DNA of 17,998 bases from Bdellovibrionales bacterium (GCA_050246815.1 JBFWVI010000053.1:1-17998); one strand, 5' to 3'; shown: positions 1 through 9,563, counted from the stretch's first letter. Notes: generated by a model from the sequence alone, not told the origin. Made by a program: numbers and translations.

Positions 1-51
1 GGCGCTGTACCGGGACATCGCAACTCTTTAGTCCAATTGACGAAAGTGTAG
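1..51 (+). CDS. rplC: 50S ribosomal protein L3, C-terminal end (partial)
   Basis: Manual translation from base 1 gives GAVPGHRNSLVQLTKV*; GAVPG is the L3 C-terminal motif; immediately upstream of rplD. Confidence 0.9.
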   Translation, partial: GAVPGHRNSLVQLTKV

Positions 52-55
52 AGCC

Positions 56-676
56 ATGGCGAAAGTTGATGTTTTAAATTGGGATAAAAAGAAAGTCGGC
101 GAAATCGAGCTGGATGCGAAAGTATTCGGAGTTGAAGTGAAAGCCGCGATTTTGCACTCATTGGTTCGTTGGCAATTGGCCAGCCGCCGCCAGGGCACTC
201 ATAAAGCCAAGGTGAAGGGCGAAGTGGCTGGTACCGGCAAAAAGCCTTTGAAGCAAAAAGGAACCGGTAATGCCCGTCAAGGTTTGGTGCGCTCACCCCT
301 GTTCCCCGGTGGCGGTATCACATTCGGTCCGCGCCCCCGCGATTACTCTTACAATCTGCCTAAGAAAATGCGCCGAGCTGGTTTGCGCAATGCTTTGTCG
401 CAGCTGAACAGCGAAGGAAAGCTGTTTATTGTGGATTCGATGAAGGCCGAAGGCAAAACCAAGGAACTGGCGGCTCGTCTAAAGAAGTTCGGCGTTGAAA
501 AAGCTGTTTTGATGGATCAGCAGGCTGATCAGATGTTTATGCGTGCAGCGCGCAACTTACCGAAGTTCCGCTATTACTCAGTCGACGGTTTGAATGTTTA
601 TGACTTGTTGAAATACGGCACTTTGGTCATGACCAAAGACAGCCTCAACCGCGTTGTTGAACGTTGCGGAGTTTAA
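56..676 (+). CDS. rplD: 50S ribosomal protein L4
   Basis: RQGTHKAK, KQKGTGNARQG, GGGITFGPRPRDYS motifs; S10 operon order. Confidence 0.98.
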   Translation: MAKVDVLNWDKKKVGEIELDAKVFGVEVKAAILHSLVRWQLASRRQGTHKAKVKGEVAGTGKKPLKQKGTGNARQGLVRSPLFPGGGITFGPRPRDYSYNLPKKMRRAGLRNALSQLNSEGKLFIVDSMKAEGKTKELAARLKKFGVEKAVLMDQQADQMFMRAARNLPKFRYYSVDGLNVYDLLKYGTLVMTKDSLNRVVERCGV

Positions 677-678
677 AA

Positions 679-957
679 ATGCAAAGCGTGATTCGCCGTC
701 CTTTAATCACAGAGAAAAACAGCTTGATGGCCGAAACCGGCGTCTATGTTTTTGAAGTGGATCAAAAGGCCAACAAAACTGACATCAAAAAAGCTATCGA
801 AAAATCGTTTCGTGTGAAGGTTAAGTCAGTCCGTACATCCATTTGCCGCGGTCGCGCTCGTCGCACCCGCTTGGGTGTGGGTCGTGTGGCCCGCTGGAAA
901 AAGGCCATGGTCCGACTGAACGCAGGCGAGAAGATCGCATTATTTGAGGGAGCATAA
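679..957 (+). CDS. rplW: 50S ribosomal protein L23
   Basis: [22 protein letters not shown] motifs; ATG at 679 chosen over TTG at 664, which lies inside rplD. Confidence 0.96.
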   Translation: MQSVIRRPLITEKNSLMAETGVYVFEVDQKANKTDIKKAIEKSFRVKVKSVRTSICRGRARRTRLGVGRVARWKKAMVRLNAGEKIALFEGA

Positions 958-959
958 AA

Positions 960-1778
960 ATGGGCGTGAGGAACTTTAAAGCGCGTAGCCCTAGCCGTCG
1001 TCACATGACCGGCTACGATTTCGCCGAAATCACCAAGACAACTCCGGAAAAGTCGCTGACTGTTCCTTTGAACCGCTCAGGCGCTCGTAACAACACCGGT
1101 ATGATTATGGTCCGCCATCAAGGTGGCGGTCATAAACGTCGTTATCGTTTGATCGATTTCAAACGACAAAAAGACAATGTGCCGGCCAAGGTGGTCGCGA
1201 TCGAATACGATCCAAACCGCACCAGCCGTATTGCTTTGTTGAACTACGCAGATGGCGAGAAAAGCTACATCATCGCGCCGATCGGTCTGAAAGTTGGCGA
1301 CACAGTCCTTTCGGGAACTGAAGTGGACATCAAACCCGGCAACAGCTTACCGCTTTCGAGCATTCCGGTTGGAACGATCATTCACAACATCGAAATGCGT
1401 CCTGGTAAAGGCGGTCAAATGTGCCGCAGCGCCGGTTCGGAAGCCACTTTGGTGGCAAAACTTGGCCAATACTGCCAGGTGAAGATCCCTTCAGGTGAAG
1501 TTCGTCAGATTTTGTCGGTTTGCCGTGCTTCGATCGGTCAAGTCGGCAATACGGACAACGAAAATATTAGCTTGGGTAAAGCGGGTCGTGCTCGTTGGCG
1601 CGGCATTCGTCCTTCGGTTCGCGGTATGGCAATGAACCCTGTCGATCACCCCCTTGGCGGTGGTGAAGGCGTGGGAAAAGGTCACCATCCTGTGACCCCA
1701 TGGGGCCAGCCCTGCAAAGGCTATAAGACACGTAAGAATAAGCGCACCGATAATATGATCGTGAAGCGCCGTAAATAG
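960..1778 (+). CDS. rplB: 50S ribosomal protein L2
   Basis: [37 protein letters not shown] motifs. Confidence 0.99.
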   Translation: MGVRNFKARSPSRRHMTGYDFAEITKTTPEKSLTVPLNRSGARNNTGMIMVRHQGGGHKRRYRLIDFKRQKDNVPAKVVAIEYDPNRTSRIALLNYADGEKSYIIAPIGLKVGDTVLSGTEVDIKPGNSLPLSSIPVGTIIHNIEMRPGKGGQMCRSAGSEATLVAKLGQYCQVKIPSGEVRQILSVCRASIGQVGNTDNENISLGKAGRARWRGIRPSVRGMAMNPVDHPLGGGEGVGKGHHPVTPWGQPCKGYKTRKNKRTDNMIVKRRK

Positions 1779-1786
1779 GAGTTAAT

Positions 1787-2083
1787 GTGGCACGTTCGGT
1801 AAAAAAAGGTCCCTTTATTGATCATCACCTGGCCAACAAAGTTGAAAAGGCTAAGGCGAATAACGATAAGAAGGTCATCAAAACCTGGTCGCGCCGTTCG
1901 ACGGTGTTGCCGGATATGGTGGGATTGACGTTTGCGGTTCATAACGGCCGCAAGTTCGTCCCAGTTTATATCACCGAGAACATGATCGGCCATAAGATGG
2001 GCGAATTCGCGCCGACTCGTACTTTCAACGGTCACGCGGAAAAGAAAGCGGCTCCGGCTCCTGCGGCAGCTCCGAAGCAATAG
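1787..2083 (+). CDS. rpsS: 30S ribosomal protein S19
   Basis: [29 protein letters not shown] start with AGGAG SD at 1777-1781. Confidence 0.98.
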   Translation: MARSVKKGPFIDHHLANKVEKAKANNDKKVIKTWSRRSTVLPDMVGLTFAVHNGRKFVPVYITENMIGHKMGEFAPTRTFNGHAEKKAAPAPAAAPKQ

Positions 2084-2099
2084 AGTGAGGATGTAAGTC

Positions 2100-2432
2100 A
2101 TGGAAGTGAAGGCGAGTTTAAGATATGCGCGAATCGGGGCCCAAAAAGCCCGCCTGGTTGCGGATTTGATCCGTGGCAAAGGCGTGAATGAAGCGATTCG
2201 TACCCTGACCTTTTTGGATAAAAAAGGCGGCGGTTTGTTCAAGAAATTGCTGGAATCTGCGGTGGCGAACGCCGAGCAGAAAAACGTGATCGACGTCGAC
2301 AACTTGTTTGTCAAAACGGTTTTCGTGGATCAAGGCCCAAGCATGAAACGTTTTCGTCCGCGAGCTCAAGGGCGCGCCTTTCAGGTGAAGAAGAAAATGA
2401 GTCATATCAACTTGGTCTTGGACGAAAGATAA
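2100..2432 (+). CDS. rplV: 50S ribosomal protein L22
   Basis: KARLVADLIRGK, SAVANAE, KRFRPRAQGRA, SHI motifs. Confidence 0.98.
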   Translation: MEVKASLRYARIGAQKARLVADLIRGKGVNEAIRTLTFLDKKGGGLFKKLLESAVANAEQKNVIDVDNLFVKTVFVDQGPSMKRFRPRAQGRAFQVKKKMSHINLVLDER

Positions 2433-2444
2433 GAGGGAGACAGA

Positions 2445-3110
2445 GTGGGACAAAAGATTAATCCGATTGGCTTCCGACTTGGTGTGATCCGAACTTGGGA
2501 TTCTCGTTGGTATGCAAAAGGCAAGCAATTCACTGAGTACCTGCATGAAGACACTCGTCTGCGCGAGTATGTCCGAGAGAAGCTGAAACACGCTGGCGTG
2601 GCTCGCGTGGAAATGGAGCGTGCGGCCAACAAAGTAAAAATCATCATCTCGACCGCTCGTCCGGGTGTGGTGATTGGCAAAAAAGGCACCGGCATCGATG
2701 CTTTGAAAGCTGAAATTCAAAAACTGACCCCGAATGAAGTGTTTGTGAACATCCAAGAAGTGCGCAAGCCGGATATGGATGCGCAACTGGTGGCTGAAAA
2801 TATCGCCCTTCAATTGGAAAAGCGTATTTCATGGCGCCGAGCTTTGAAAAAGGCCTTAGCGGCTGGCGTACGCGGTGGCGTGCGCGGTATTAAAATCCGC
2901 GTGAGCGGCCGTTTGGATGGCGCGGAAATCGCCCGTTCAGAGTGGTACAACGAGAAGAGCGTGCCTTTGCATACTCTGCGTGCCGATATCGATTTTGGAA
3001 CAGCCGAAGCTTTAACAACATATGGTTTGATTGGCGTCAAAGTGTGGATCTACCGCGGCGATGTCTACTCGGCGAAAGAGATGGAGGAGGCTGGTCGTGT
3101 TAAGTCCTAA
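2445..3110 (+). CDS. rpsC: 30S ribosomal protein S3
   Basis: [48 protein letters not shown] start. Confidence 0.99.
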   Translation: MGQKINPIGFRLGVIRTWDSRWYAKGKQFTEYLHEDTRLREYVREKLKHAGVARVEMERAANKVKIIISTARPGVVIGKKGTGIDALKAEIQKLTPNEVFVNIQEVRKPDMDAQLVAENIALQLEKRISWRRALKKALAAGVRGGVRGIKIRVSGRLDGAEIARSEWYNEKSVPLHTLRADIDFGTAEALTTYGLIGVKVWIYRGDVYSAKEMEEAGRVKS

Positions 3111-3504
3111 GCGTGTAAAATGGCGTCGTCAGTTTCGTCCTCGTTTTAGCGGGTTCGCGACTCGCGGCAACGATTTGGCATTCGGCGATTACGGTTTGGT
3201 GGCTTTGGAAGCTGGGCGTTTGTCTGCTCGCCAGTTGGAAGCCGGTCGTATCGCAATCAGCCGCTCGGTAAAACGCGGTGGTAAAATGTGGTTGCGGGTT
3301 TACCCGGACAGCCCCATCACCAAAAAGGCCGCCGAGACTCGTATGGGCTCTGGTAAAGGTAACCCGGAATTTTGGGTCGCGTTGATCAAGCCGGGCCGTA
3401 TGTTGTTTGAAATGAACGGTGTAACCAGAGAACAGGCGGCGGAAGCATTCCGTTTGGCCGCTCACAAACTGCCGTTCAAAACCAAGTTTGTGGCACGGGA
3501 GTAG
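3097..3504 (+). CDS. rplP: 50S ribosomal protein L16
   Basis: GTG at 3097 gives [13 protein letters not shown], preceded by GGAGGAGG SD at 3083-3090; QLEAGR, RMGSGKG, AAHKLP motifs; 14-nt overlap with rpsC. Confidence 0.97.
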   Translation: MLSPKRVKWRRQFRPRFSGFATRGNDLAFGDYGLVALEAGRLSARQLEAGRIAISRSVKRGGKMWLRVYPDSPITKKAAETRMGSGKGNPEFWVALIKPGRMLFEMNGVTREQAAEAFRLAAHKLPFKTKFVARE

Positions 3505-3508
3505 TTTT

Positions 3509-3700
3509 ATGATGTTTTCGGAAATCAAAGACTTAACTGTTGAAGAGTTGCGAAAGCGCTCGCAGCAGTTACGTGAAGAGATGTTTGAATTGAAAATGAA
3601 GCATTCGCTCGGTCAAGTGAGCAATCCTGTGGAAATCCGCCACAAGCGCCGTGATTTGGCGCGGGTTTTGACCGCAATGAATGCGAAACTGGCGCAATAA
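3509..3700 (+). CDS. rpmC: 50S ribosomal protein L29
   Basis: LREEMFELKM, GQVSNP, RRDLARVLT; ATG 3509 (alternative 3512) with GGGAG SD at 3497-3501. Confidence 0.95.
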   Translation: MMFSEIKDLTVEELRKRSQQLREEMFELKMKHSLGQVSNPVEIRHKRRDLARVLTAMNAKLAQ

Positions 3701-3713
3701 GGTAAGGTAACCA

Positions 3714-4040
3714 ATGGCGAAGCAAGCAAGCAAACCTGCAACAAAAGCCCAAGCCGAAGCCGCAAATGGCCGCGGTCGCCGCAATGAAGTGGTGGGTCAA
3801 GTTGTCAGCGATAAAATGAACAAGACCATCGCGGTTGAGGTGTATCGCTTGGTGAAGCATGCGAAATACACCAAATACGTGAAACGCTCTTCGATTTTCA
3901 AGGCGCACGATGAAAAAAACGAAGCGCATGTGGGTGATAAAGTTTTGATTTCTGCCACCCGCCCGTTGAGCAAAACCAAGCGTTGGAGCTTGGTGAAAGT
4001 GCTTGAGAAAATCGGTCAAGCGCCGGAGGCGAACGTATGA
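3714..4040 (+). CDS. rpsQ: 30S ribosomal protein S17
   Basis: [25 protein letters not shown]; Ala/Lys-rich N-terminal extension. Confidence 0.97.
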   Translation: MAKQASKPATKAQAEAANGRGRRNEVVGQVVSDKMNKTIAVEVYRLVKHAKYTKYVKRSSIFKAHDEKNEAHVGDKVLISATRPLSKTKRWSLVKVLEKIGQAPEANV

Positions 4041-4405
4041 TTCAAATGCAAACTCGTCTGCGAGTAGCGGATAACTCTGGCGCACGTGAAGTCATGTGCA
4101 TCAAAGTCTTGGGTGGAACCAAGCGGCGTTCGGCCAGTATTGGCGACATCGTCGTCGTATCAGTAAAGGATGCCTTGCCCAATTCTAAAATTAAAAAGGG
4201 CGAAGTGGCGAAAGCCGTCATTGTGCGAACCATTCATAAATTGCGTCGCGCCGATGGTAGTTACATTCGCTTTGACGATAATTCAGCGGTTTTGATTAAC
4301 GCGGCAAAAGAGCCGATCGGAACCCGTATTTTTGGACCCGTGGCTCGTGAGTTGCGGGCGAAACAGTTTGTGAAAATTATCTCGCTAGCCCCTGAAGTGC
4401 TGTAA
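4037..4405 (+). CDS. rplN: 50S ribosomal protein L14
   Basis: [48 protein letters not shown] overlap with rpsQ. Confidence 0.99.
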   Translation: MIQMQTRLRVADNSGAREVMCIKVLGGTKRRSASIGDIVVVSVKDALPNSKIKKGEVAKAVIVRTIHKLRRADGSYIRFDDNSAVLINAAKEPIGTRIFGPVARELRAKQFVKIISLAPEVL

Positions 4406-4425
4406 AGCGAGATTGGAGAAGTACC

Positions 4426-4971
4426 GTGAAGAGTGAAATGCAGGAAAAGTACACAAAGGAATTAGCCCCCGCTCTGATGAAGCAGCTGGGTGCTAAAAAC
4501 GTGATGCAGGTGCCGCGATTGGAAAAGATCGTGATCAATGCTTGCATCAACGAAGCCGTGCGAAACCCAAAGGTCCTAACCAACGCGGTTGAAGAAATCA
4601 CGTTGTTGTCGGGACAGCGGGCAGTCGTGACCAAGGCAAAGAAAGCCATCTCGAACTTTAAACTTCGTGAAGGCATGCCGATCGGCACAACCGTAACTTT
4701 ACGTCGTGACAGAATGTGGACGTTCTTAGAGCGTTTGGTGCACTTGTCTTTGCCACGCGTACGTGACTTCCGCGGCTTGCCGCTGCGTGGCTTTGATGGC
4801 CGTGGCAATTACAATATGGGTTTGAAAGAACAGATCATTTTTCCGGAAATCGACTACGACAAAGTGGACTCGGTGCGCGGTATGAATATCACAATTTGTA
4901 CCACGGCAAAAACGGACAACGAAGGCCAGGCGCTGCTTGAAGCGTTGGGCATGCCTTTCCGCAAGAAGTAA
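4426..4971 (+). CDS. rplE: 50S ribosomal protein L5
   Basis: [47 protein letters not shown] start with GGAG SD. Confidence 0.99.
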   Translation: MKSEMQEKYTKELAPALMKQLGAKNVMQVPRLEKIVINACINEAVRNPKVLTNAVEEITLLSGQRAVVTKAKKAISNFKLREGMPIGTTVTLRRDRMWTFLERLVHLSLPRVRDFRGLPLRGFDGRGNYNMGLKEQIIFPEIDYDKVDSVRGMNITICTTAKTDNEGQALLEALGMPFRKK

Positions 4972-4988
4972 TTAGGGAGTATTGTTGA

Positions 4989-5378
4989 ATGGACAAAGTT
5001 GGTGAGTTTTTAACAAGGATTCGTAATGCCGGCGCTGCACGACACGAAAAGATCGACGTGCCAAGCTCGAATATGCGTCTGGGCATTGCCAAGATTTTGC
5101 AAGAGACCGGCTACATTCGTAGCTTCAAAGTTGCACGCGATGGCCGCCAAGGCATCATGCGAGTCTACTTGAAGTACAACGAAAAAGGTGGTCATGCGAT
5201 TTCCAGTGTGGACCGAGTAAGCCGCCCGGGGCGTCGCGTGTATGTGAGTTCGACCCAAATCCCCACGATTCGTTCGGGATTTGGTGTGACGATCCTCAGT
5301 ACCAACAAAGGTATTTTAAGTGGCGAGCAAGCCAAAGCCCAGAACTTGGGTGGCGAGTTGCTCTGCAAGTTGTGGTAG
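4989..5378 (+). CDS. rpsH: 30S ribosomal protein S8
   Basis: LTRIRNA, VSRPGRRVY, ILSTNKG, GGELLC motifs. Confidence 0.98.
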   Translation: MDKVGEFLTRIRNAGAARHEKIDVPSSNMRLGIAKILQETGYIRSFKVARDGRQGIMRVYLKYNEKGGHAISSVDRVSRPGRRVYVSSTQIPTIRSGFGVTILSTNKGILSGEQAKAQNLGGELLCKLW

Positions 5379-5385
5379 GTGAAGT

Positions 5386-5928
5386 ATGTCTCGTGTAGGA
5401 AAAGCTCCGGTTTATTTTGACAAGACTGTGCAGGTGAACATCACTCCGGCTAACGAAGTCGTGGTGAAGGGCGCCAAACACACCATGACCGTGAAGATGC
5501 GTTCGCAAATTAAAGCGAAGGTCGAAGATGGCAAGATCGTCTTGACCCGCGTTGATGAAGAGCGCAACACCCGTGCTTATCACGGGTTGTACCGTGCTCT
5601 GGTTCAGAACGCTGTCACTGGCGTCGGCAAGGGCTGGAGCCGCGTTTTGGAGCTGAACGGTGTGGGTTACCGTGCGGCAGTTTCTGGAAAAAAATTGGAA
5701 TTGACCCTGGGTTACAGTCACCCGGTGATTTACGACATCCCCCAGGGTGTTGAAATCGCGATTGAAAAACAGACCAAAATCAGTGTGTCGGGACCGAGCC
5801 GCGAGCTGGTGGGTCAAGTGGCTGCCAAAATTAGAACGTTTAGACCGCCAGAGCCTTATTTGGGCAAAGGCATTAAATACGCTGATGAGCACATTCGTCG
5901 CAAAGCCGGTAAATCGGCTGCGAAATAA
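5386..5928 (+). CDS. rplF: 50S ribosomal protein L6
   Basis: MSRVGKAP, GVGYRA, LGYSHP, RPPEPYLGKGIKY, RRKAGK. Confidence 0.99.
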   Translation: MSRVGKAPVYFDKTVQVNITPANEVVVKGAKHTMTVKMRSQIKAKVEDGKIVLTRVDEERNTRAYHGLYRALVQNAVTGVGKGWSRVLELNGVGYRAAVSGKKLELTLGYSHPVIYDIPQGVEIAIEKQTKISVSGPSRELVGQVAAKIRTFRPPEPYLGKGIKYADEHIRRKAGKSAAK

Positions 5929-5942
5929 GTGAGAGGTGAGTC

Positions 5943-6314
5943 GTGATTCGCGTTAAGTTTGCGAATAAAACAAGTACCAAACGGGTGAAGCGCCTGAAGA
6001 ACAAGGCGAAGATCCGTAAAAAAGTGACGGGAACCGGCGAGCGTCCGCGCTTGACCGTGTTTCGAAGCGCACGCCACCTGTATGCGCAGTTGATCGACGA
6101 TGCGACGGGGAAAACATTGTTGTCGGTTTCGACCTTAAAGGGCGACGCCAAGGGCAAAAAGACTGAGATGGCGAAGCAGATCGGCGCTCAGTTGGCAAAG
6201 GAAGCGCTGAGCAAAAATATTAAAAACGTCGTTTTTGATCGCGGTGGGTTTCTTTACCATGGTCGCATTAAGGCGATCGCCGATGGCGCTCGCGAAGCTG
6301 GCTTGAATTTTTAA
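5943..6314 (+). CDS. rplR: 50S ribosomal protein L18
   Basis: [39 protein letters not shown] start. Confidence 0.98.
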   Translation: MIRVKFANKTSTKRVKRLKNKAKIRKKVTGTGERPRLTVFRSARHLYAQLIDDATGKTLLSVSTLKGDAKGKKTEMAKQIGAQLAKEALSKNIKNVVFDRGGFLYHGRIKAIADGAREAGLNF

Positions 6315-6324
6315 GGAGACATGA

Positions 6325-6783
6325 GTGGAAAATCAGACGTCAGAGTATATTGAACGCGTGGTCGCGATCAATCGTGTGGCCAAAGTGGTGAAGGGTGGTC
6401 GTCGCTTTTCATTCTCGGCTTTGGTTGTGGCGGGGACTGGCAGCGGTAAAGTAGGTTTTGGTACCGGTAAAGCCGGAGAAGTTCCGGAAGCCATTGGTAA
6501 GGCCACACGCTCAGCACAAAAAGACATTTCGTTTGTGCAGTTGAAAGATGGTCGTACGATCCCTCATGAAGTGGTGGGGCGTTTCGGCGCAGCAAAGGTG
6601 ATCCTATTGCCTGCTGGTCCAGGTACCGGCGTTATCGCGGGTGGTCCGGTTCGTGCAGTTTTGGAAGCAGCTGGAGTGAAAGATATCTTGACCAAGTGCG
6701 TGGGAACCCGCAATGCACACAATGCGGTTCGCGCCACTTTGAATGGACTAAAGCAATTGATCGCTGCTGACCCGACCAAGTAA
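6325..6783 (+). CDS. rpsE: 30S ribosomal protein S5
   Basis: [39 protein letters not shown] start 6 nt after AAGGAG. Confidence 0.98.
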   Translation: MENQTSEYIERVVAINRVAKVVKGGRRFSFSALVVAGTGSGKVGFGTGKAGEVPEAIGKATRSAQKDISFVQLKDGRTIPHEVVGRFGAAKVILLPAGPGTGVIAGGPVRAVLEAAGVKDILTKCVGTRNAHNAVRATLNGLKQLIAADPTK

Positions 6784-6811
6784 GTCGGTTTAGCGGTTCT
6801 AGAGGTGATTT

Positions 6812-6997
6812 ATGGCAAAAACGTTTCGAGTTCGTTTGAAGCGCGGCTTGATTGGTACCACTCAGCGTCAGCGCGACGCTATTCGTTGCTTGGGCTTAAA
6901 ACGAATCAATGATGAAAAAGTTGTGAAGGACAGCCCCGCAATGCGCGGCCAAATTCACAATGTTCAGCACCTGCTTGAAGTCAGTGTGGAGAAATAA
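6812..6997 (+). CDS. rpmD: 50S ribosomal protein L30
   Basis: 61 aa with LGLKRIN and DSPAMRGQI..VQHLLEV; between rpsE and rplO. Confidence 0.96.
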   Translation: MAKTFRVRLKRGLIGTTQRQRDAIRCLGLKRINDEKVVKDSPAMRGQIHNVQHLLEVSVEK

Positions 6998-6998
6998 G

Positions 6999-7436
6999 AT
7001 GAGTCTATTAGGAAGCCTTAAACCTGCTAAAGGTTCGACAAAACGACGTAAGCTTTTAGGTCGTGGCCGGGGTTCTGGTAAAGGCCAAACTTCGGGTAAA
7101 GGTGGCAAAGGTCAAAAGGCCCGTAAGGGTGCCCCGATCCGCCGTGGTTTTGAGGGTGGTCAAACTCCCTTGCATCGCCGCACGCCCAAATATGGTTTTT
7201 CAAACCAAAAATTCCGTATTGAGTATGACATTGTGAATCTGCCACAGTTTGCCGCTATGACGGGTGAGGTCAATCCAGAGTCGCTTGCCAAAGCGGGTTT
7301 GGTTGGCAAGAATGCACGAGTCAAGGTGTTAGGCGTGGGGCCTTTGAAAAAGGCGCTCACGATTCGCGCTCACCGATTTAGTCAGCAAGCCAAAGCGGCA
7401 ATCGAAGCCGCTGGTGGAAAGGCCGAGGTCATTTAA
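6999..7436 (+). CDS. rplO: 50S ribosomal protein L15
   Basis: GRGRGSGKGQTSGKGGKGQKAR, GFEGGQTPLHRR, IEAAGG; ATG at 6999, 1 nt after the rpmD stop. Confidence 0.98.
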   Translation: MSLLGSLKPAKGSTKRRKLLGRGRGSGKGQTSGKGGKGQKARKGAPIRRGFEGGQTPLHRRTPKYGFSNQKFRIEYDIVNLPQFAAMTGEVNPESLAKAGLVGKNARVKVLGVGPLKKALTIRAHRFSQQAKAAIEAAGGKAEVI

Positions 7437-7438
7437 CT

Positions 7439-8761
7439 GTGGCAGCAGGACAATTTGCGTTTCCAGAAGAACTTCGTAAGCGGATTCTTTTCACCTTAGG
7501 TATTCTGGTTGTCTATCGATTCGGGGTTCACATTCCTGTGCCTGGTATCGATGGGGCTCAGGTTGTCCAATTCTTCCAGCAACAAAGTGCAGGCATTTTT
7601 GGCCTTTTCAACACCTTCACCGGTGGTGCTTTGGAGCGCTTCTCGATTTTCGCTCTGGGTATTATGCCTTACATCTCGGCGTCGATTATTTTTCAGCTTT
7701 TGCAATCCGCCGTACCAGTTTTGGAGTCCTTGAAAAAAGAGGGCGAACAGGGCCGCAAAAAAATTAACCAGTACACGCGTTACGCCACAGTGGTGCTAGC
7801 CATTGTGCAAGGTTATGCATTGGCCAATTGGTTGGCGGGCGAGAATTTTCAAGGGTCGCCGCTGGTCAGCACACCTTCGTTTGGCCACTTTTTGCCCTTT
7901 CATTTAGTGACCATTCTGACTTTGACGGCGGGCACCTGCTTCATCATGTGGTTGGGTGAGCAAATCAACGAACGTGGAATCGGCAACGGCACCAGTATGA
8001 TTATCTTTTCAGGTATTGCCGCATCGATTCCCGGTGGTGCAATTCGCCTTTTGCAATTGGTGAACAACAACGAAATGAGCGGTTTGATCGCGATTTTGTT
8101 GGTGGCCTTTATGGTGGCCGTGATTGGCGCGATTGTGTTCATTGAAGCCGGCCAGCGCCGCATTCCGATTCACTATTCTCAGCGAGCACCGACTCAAACT
8201 GGTATGGGTCAACAGTTGACCAGCCACTTACCTTTGAAGTTGAATTTCTCGAATGTTATTCCACCAATCTTTGCTTCAAGTTTGTTGATGTTCCCTGCCA
8301 CCATGGCCCAATTTGTTGACACACCGTGGATGCATAAAATCAAGGACTCACTAACAATGACTTCGCCGATCTACCTGTCGTTGGAAGTCTTGTTGATCGT
8401 ATTTTTCTCGTTCTTTTATACGGAAATCGTATTTAATCCGACCGAAGTCGCCGACAACTTAAAAAAGTACGGTGGATTTGTGCCTGGTATTCGCGCCGGG
8501 AGCTCGACTGCAGATTACATTAAACGTGTCTTAGATCGTTTGACTGTGGGTGGGGCCATTTACCTTTCAGTCATAGTTGTTCTGCCCACCATTTTGGTTC
8601 AGCAGCTCAAGACCCCCTTTTATTTTGGTGGTACGAGTCTGTTGATCTTGGTCGGCGTGGCGATGGACACAAGCCAACAAATTCAATCGCATTTGCTGAC
8701 CGCTCGTTATGAGGGTGTGTTGAAGGGCGTGAAATTGCGTGGCCGGAGGGTTCAGTATTGA
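7439..8761 (+). CDS. secY: Preprotein translocase subunit SecY
   Basis: SIFALGIMPYISASII, WLGEQINERGIGNG, VIPPIFASS, FGGTSLLILV; multiple hydrophobic segments; GTG start. Confidence 0.99.
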   Translation: MAAGQFAFPEELRKRILFTLGILVVYRFGVHIPVPGIDGAQVVQFFQQQSAGIFGLFNTFTGGALERFSIFALGIMPYISASIIFQLLQSAVPVLESLKKEGEQGRKKINQYTRYATVVLAIVQGYALANWLAGENFQGSPLVSTPSFGHFLPFHLVTILTLTAGTCFIMWLGEQINERGIGNGTSMIIFSGIAASIPGGAIRLLQLVNNNEMSGLIAILLVAFMVAVIGAIVFIEAGQRRIPIHYSQRAPTQTGMGQQLTSHLPLKLNFSNVIPPIFASSLLMFPATMAQFVDTPWMHKIKDSLTMTSPIYLSLEVLLIVFFSFFYTEIVFNPTEVADNLKKYGGFVPGIRAGSSTADYIKRVLDRLTVGGAIYLSVIVVLPTILVQQLKTPFYFGGTSLLILVGVAMDTSQQIQSHLLTARYEGVLKGVKLRGRRVQY

Positions 8762-9399
8762 ACATCTTGCTTTTCGGCCCTCCGGGGGCTGGTAAAGGGA
8801 CTCAATCGGCCTTGCTGGTTGATCGTCGAAAGATGCGCCATTTGAGCTCGGGCGATATGTTCCGGGCTGCAATCAAAAATGAAACTACATTGGGTCTAGA
8901 AGCCAAGCGCTACATGAACGAGGGCAAGTTGGTGCCGGACGCCATCACCATTGGTATGGTCGGCGAAGAGCTAGAAAAGCTGAGTGGGGCAGATTTCATT
9001 CTGGATGGATTTCCGCGTACCGTGACTCAGGCCGAGGCCTTAGAAAACTTGTTGCAGGGTCTAAAGCTTAGAATCGACAAAGCCATTTTTGTCGAAGTTC
9101 CTTCTAGCTTGCTTTTAGGCCGCTTGACCGGGCGTCGAGTCTGCAAATCCTGTGGCGCGACTTACCATGTAGACGCCAGTCCCACCAAAACGCCCGGAGT
9201 TTGTGACAAGTGTGGTGGGGTCGTGATTCAGCGTGATGACGACAAAGAAGAGGTCATTGCGACCCGTCTGAGCGCCTATGAACAAAGTACACGTCCGTTA
9301 AAAGACTATTATCAATCCAAGGGTCGACTTGTGACAATCGATGGGACTGGCTCCACGGCGGCAGTTTTTGAGCGGATTGAACGCGTCTTAAGCCCCTGA
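8758..9399 (+). CDS. adk: Adenylate kinase (Zn-binding LID type)
   Basis: P-loop GPPGAGKGTQ, ILDGFPRT, LID CKSC...CDKC; TTG start overlapping the secY stop (TTGA), SD GGAGGG at 8745-8750. Confidence 0.98.
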   Translation: MNILLFGPPGAGKGTQSALLVDRRKMRHLSSGDMFRAAIKNETTLGLEAKRYMNEGKLVPDAITIGMVGEELEKLSGADFILDGFPRTVTQAEALENLLQGLKLRIDKAIFVEVPSSLLLGRLTGRRVCKSCGATYHVDASPTKTPGVCDKCGGVVIQRDDDKEEVIATRLSAYEQSTRPLKDYYQSKGRLVTIDGTGSTAAVFERIERVLSP

Positions 9400-9457
9400 A
9401 ATAGTCAATATTTTTAAGTTAAAACTGCTGGACTTGGATTTTCGCTGGTGCTAGTTT
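9399..9457 (+). promoter_or_regulatory. Putative sigma70 promoter of the alpha operon (rpmJ-rpsM-rpsK-rpoA-rplQ)
   Basis: TGGACT (9429-9434), 17-nt spacer, TAGTTT (9452-9457) with TG extended -10 at 9449-9450; AT-rich UP-like tract at 9399-9424; GC-rich CGGC discriminator. Confidence 0.6.
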
Positions 9458-9563
9458 CGGCATTCGCGTTTTTTGACGCTATTGGTGTATTTTGCTGGGC
9501 GAGAGATGTAAATCCCAACCTTTTCAGGGGTTTGCGATGCCGCCGATGAGTATGAGGTGAGTT

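Noticed and set aside
1721..5892. Long antisense ORFs (1721-2314, 2118-2813, 3525-4085, 5296-5892 and others)
   Set aside because: They lie opposite conserved ribosomal genes, have no recognisable motifs and are typical codon-bias shadows
6321..6353. Out-of-frame ATG after the rpsE SD giving a 10-aa mini-ORF
   Set aside because: ATG is only 2 nt from AAGGAG, too close for initiation; GTG 6325 has proper spacing
664..6998. N-terminal extensions in the ORF track for rplW (664), rplP (3031), rpmC (3488) and rplO (6960)
   Set aside because: They overlap the upstream gene; homology and SD or stop-codon proximity support starts at 679, 3097, 3509 and 6999
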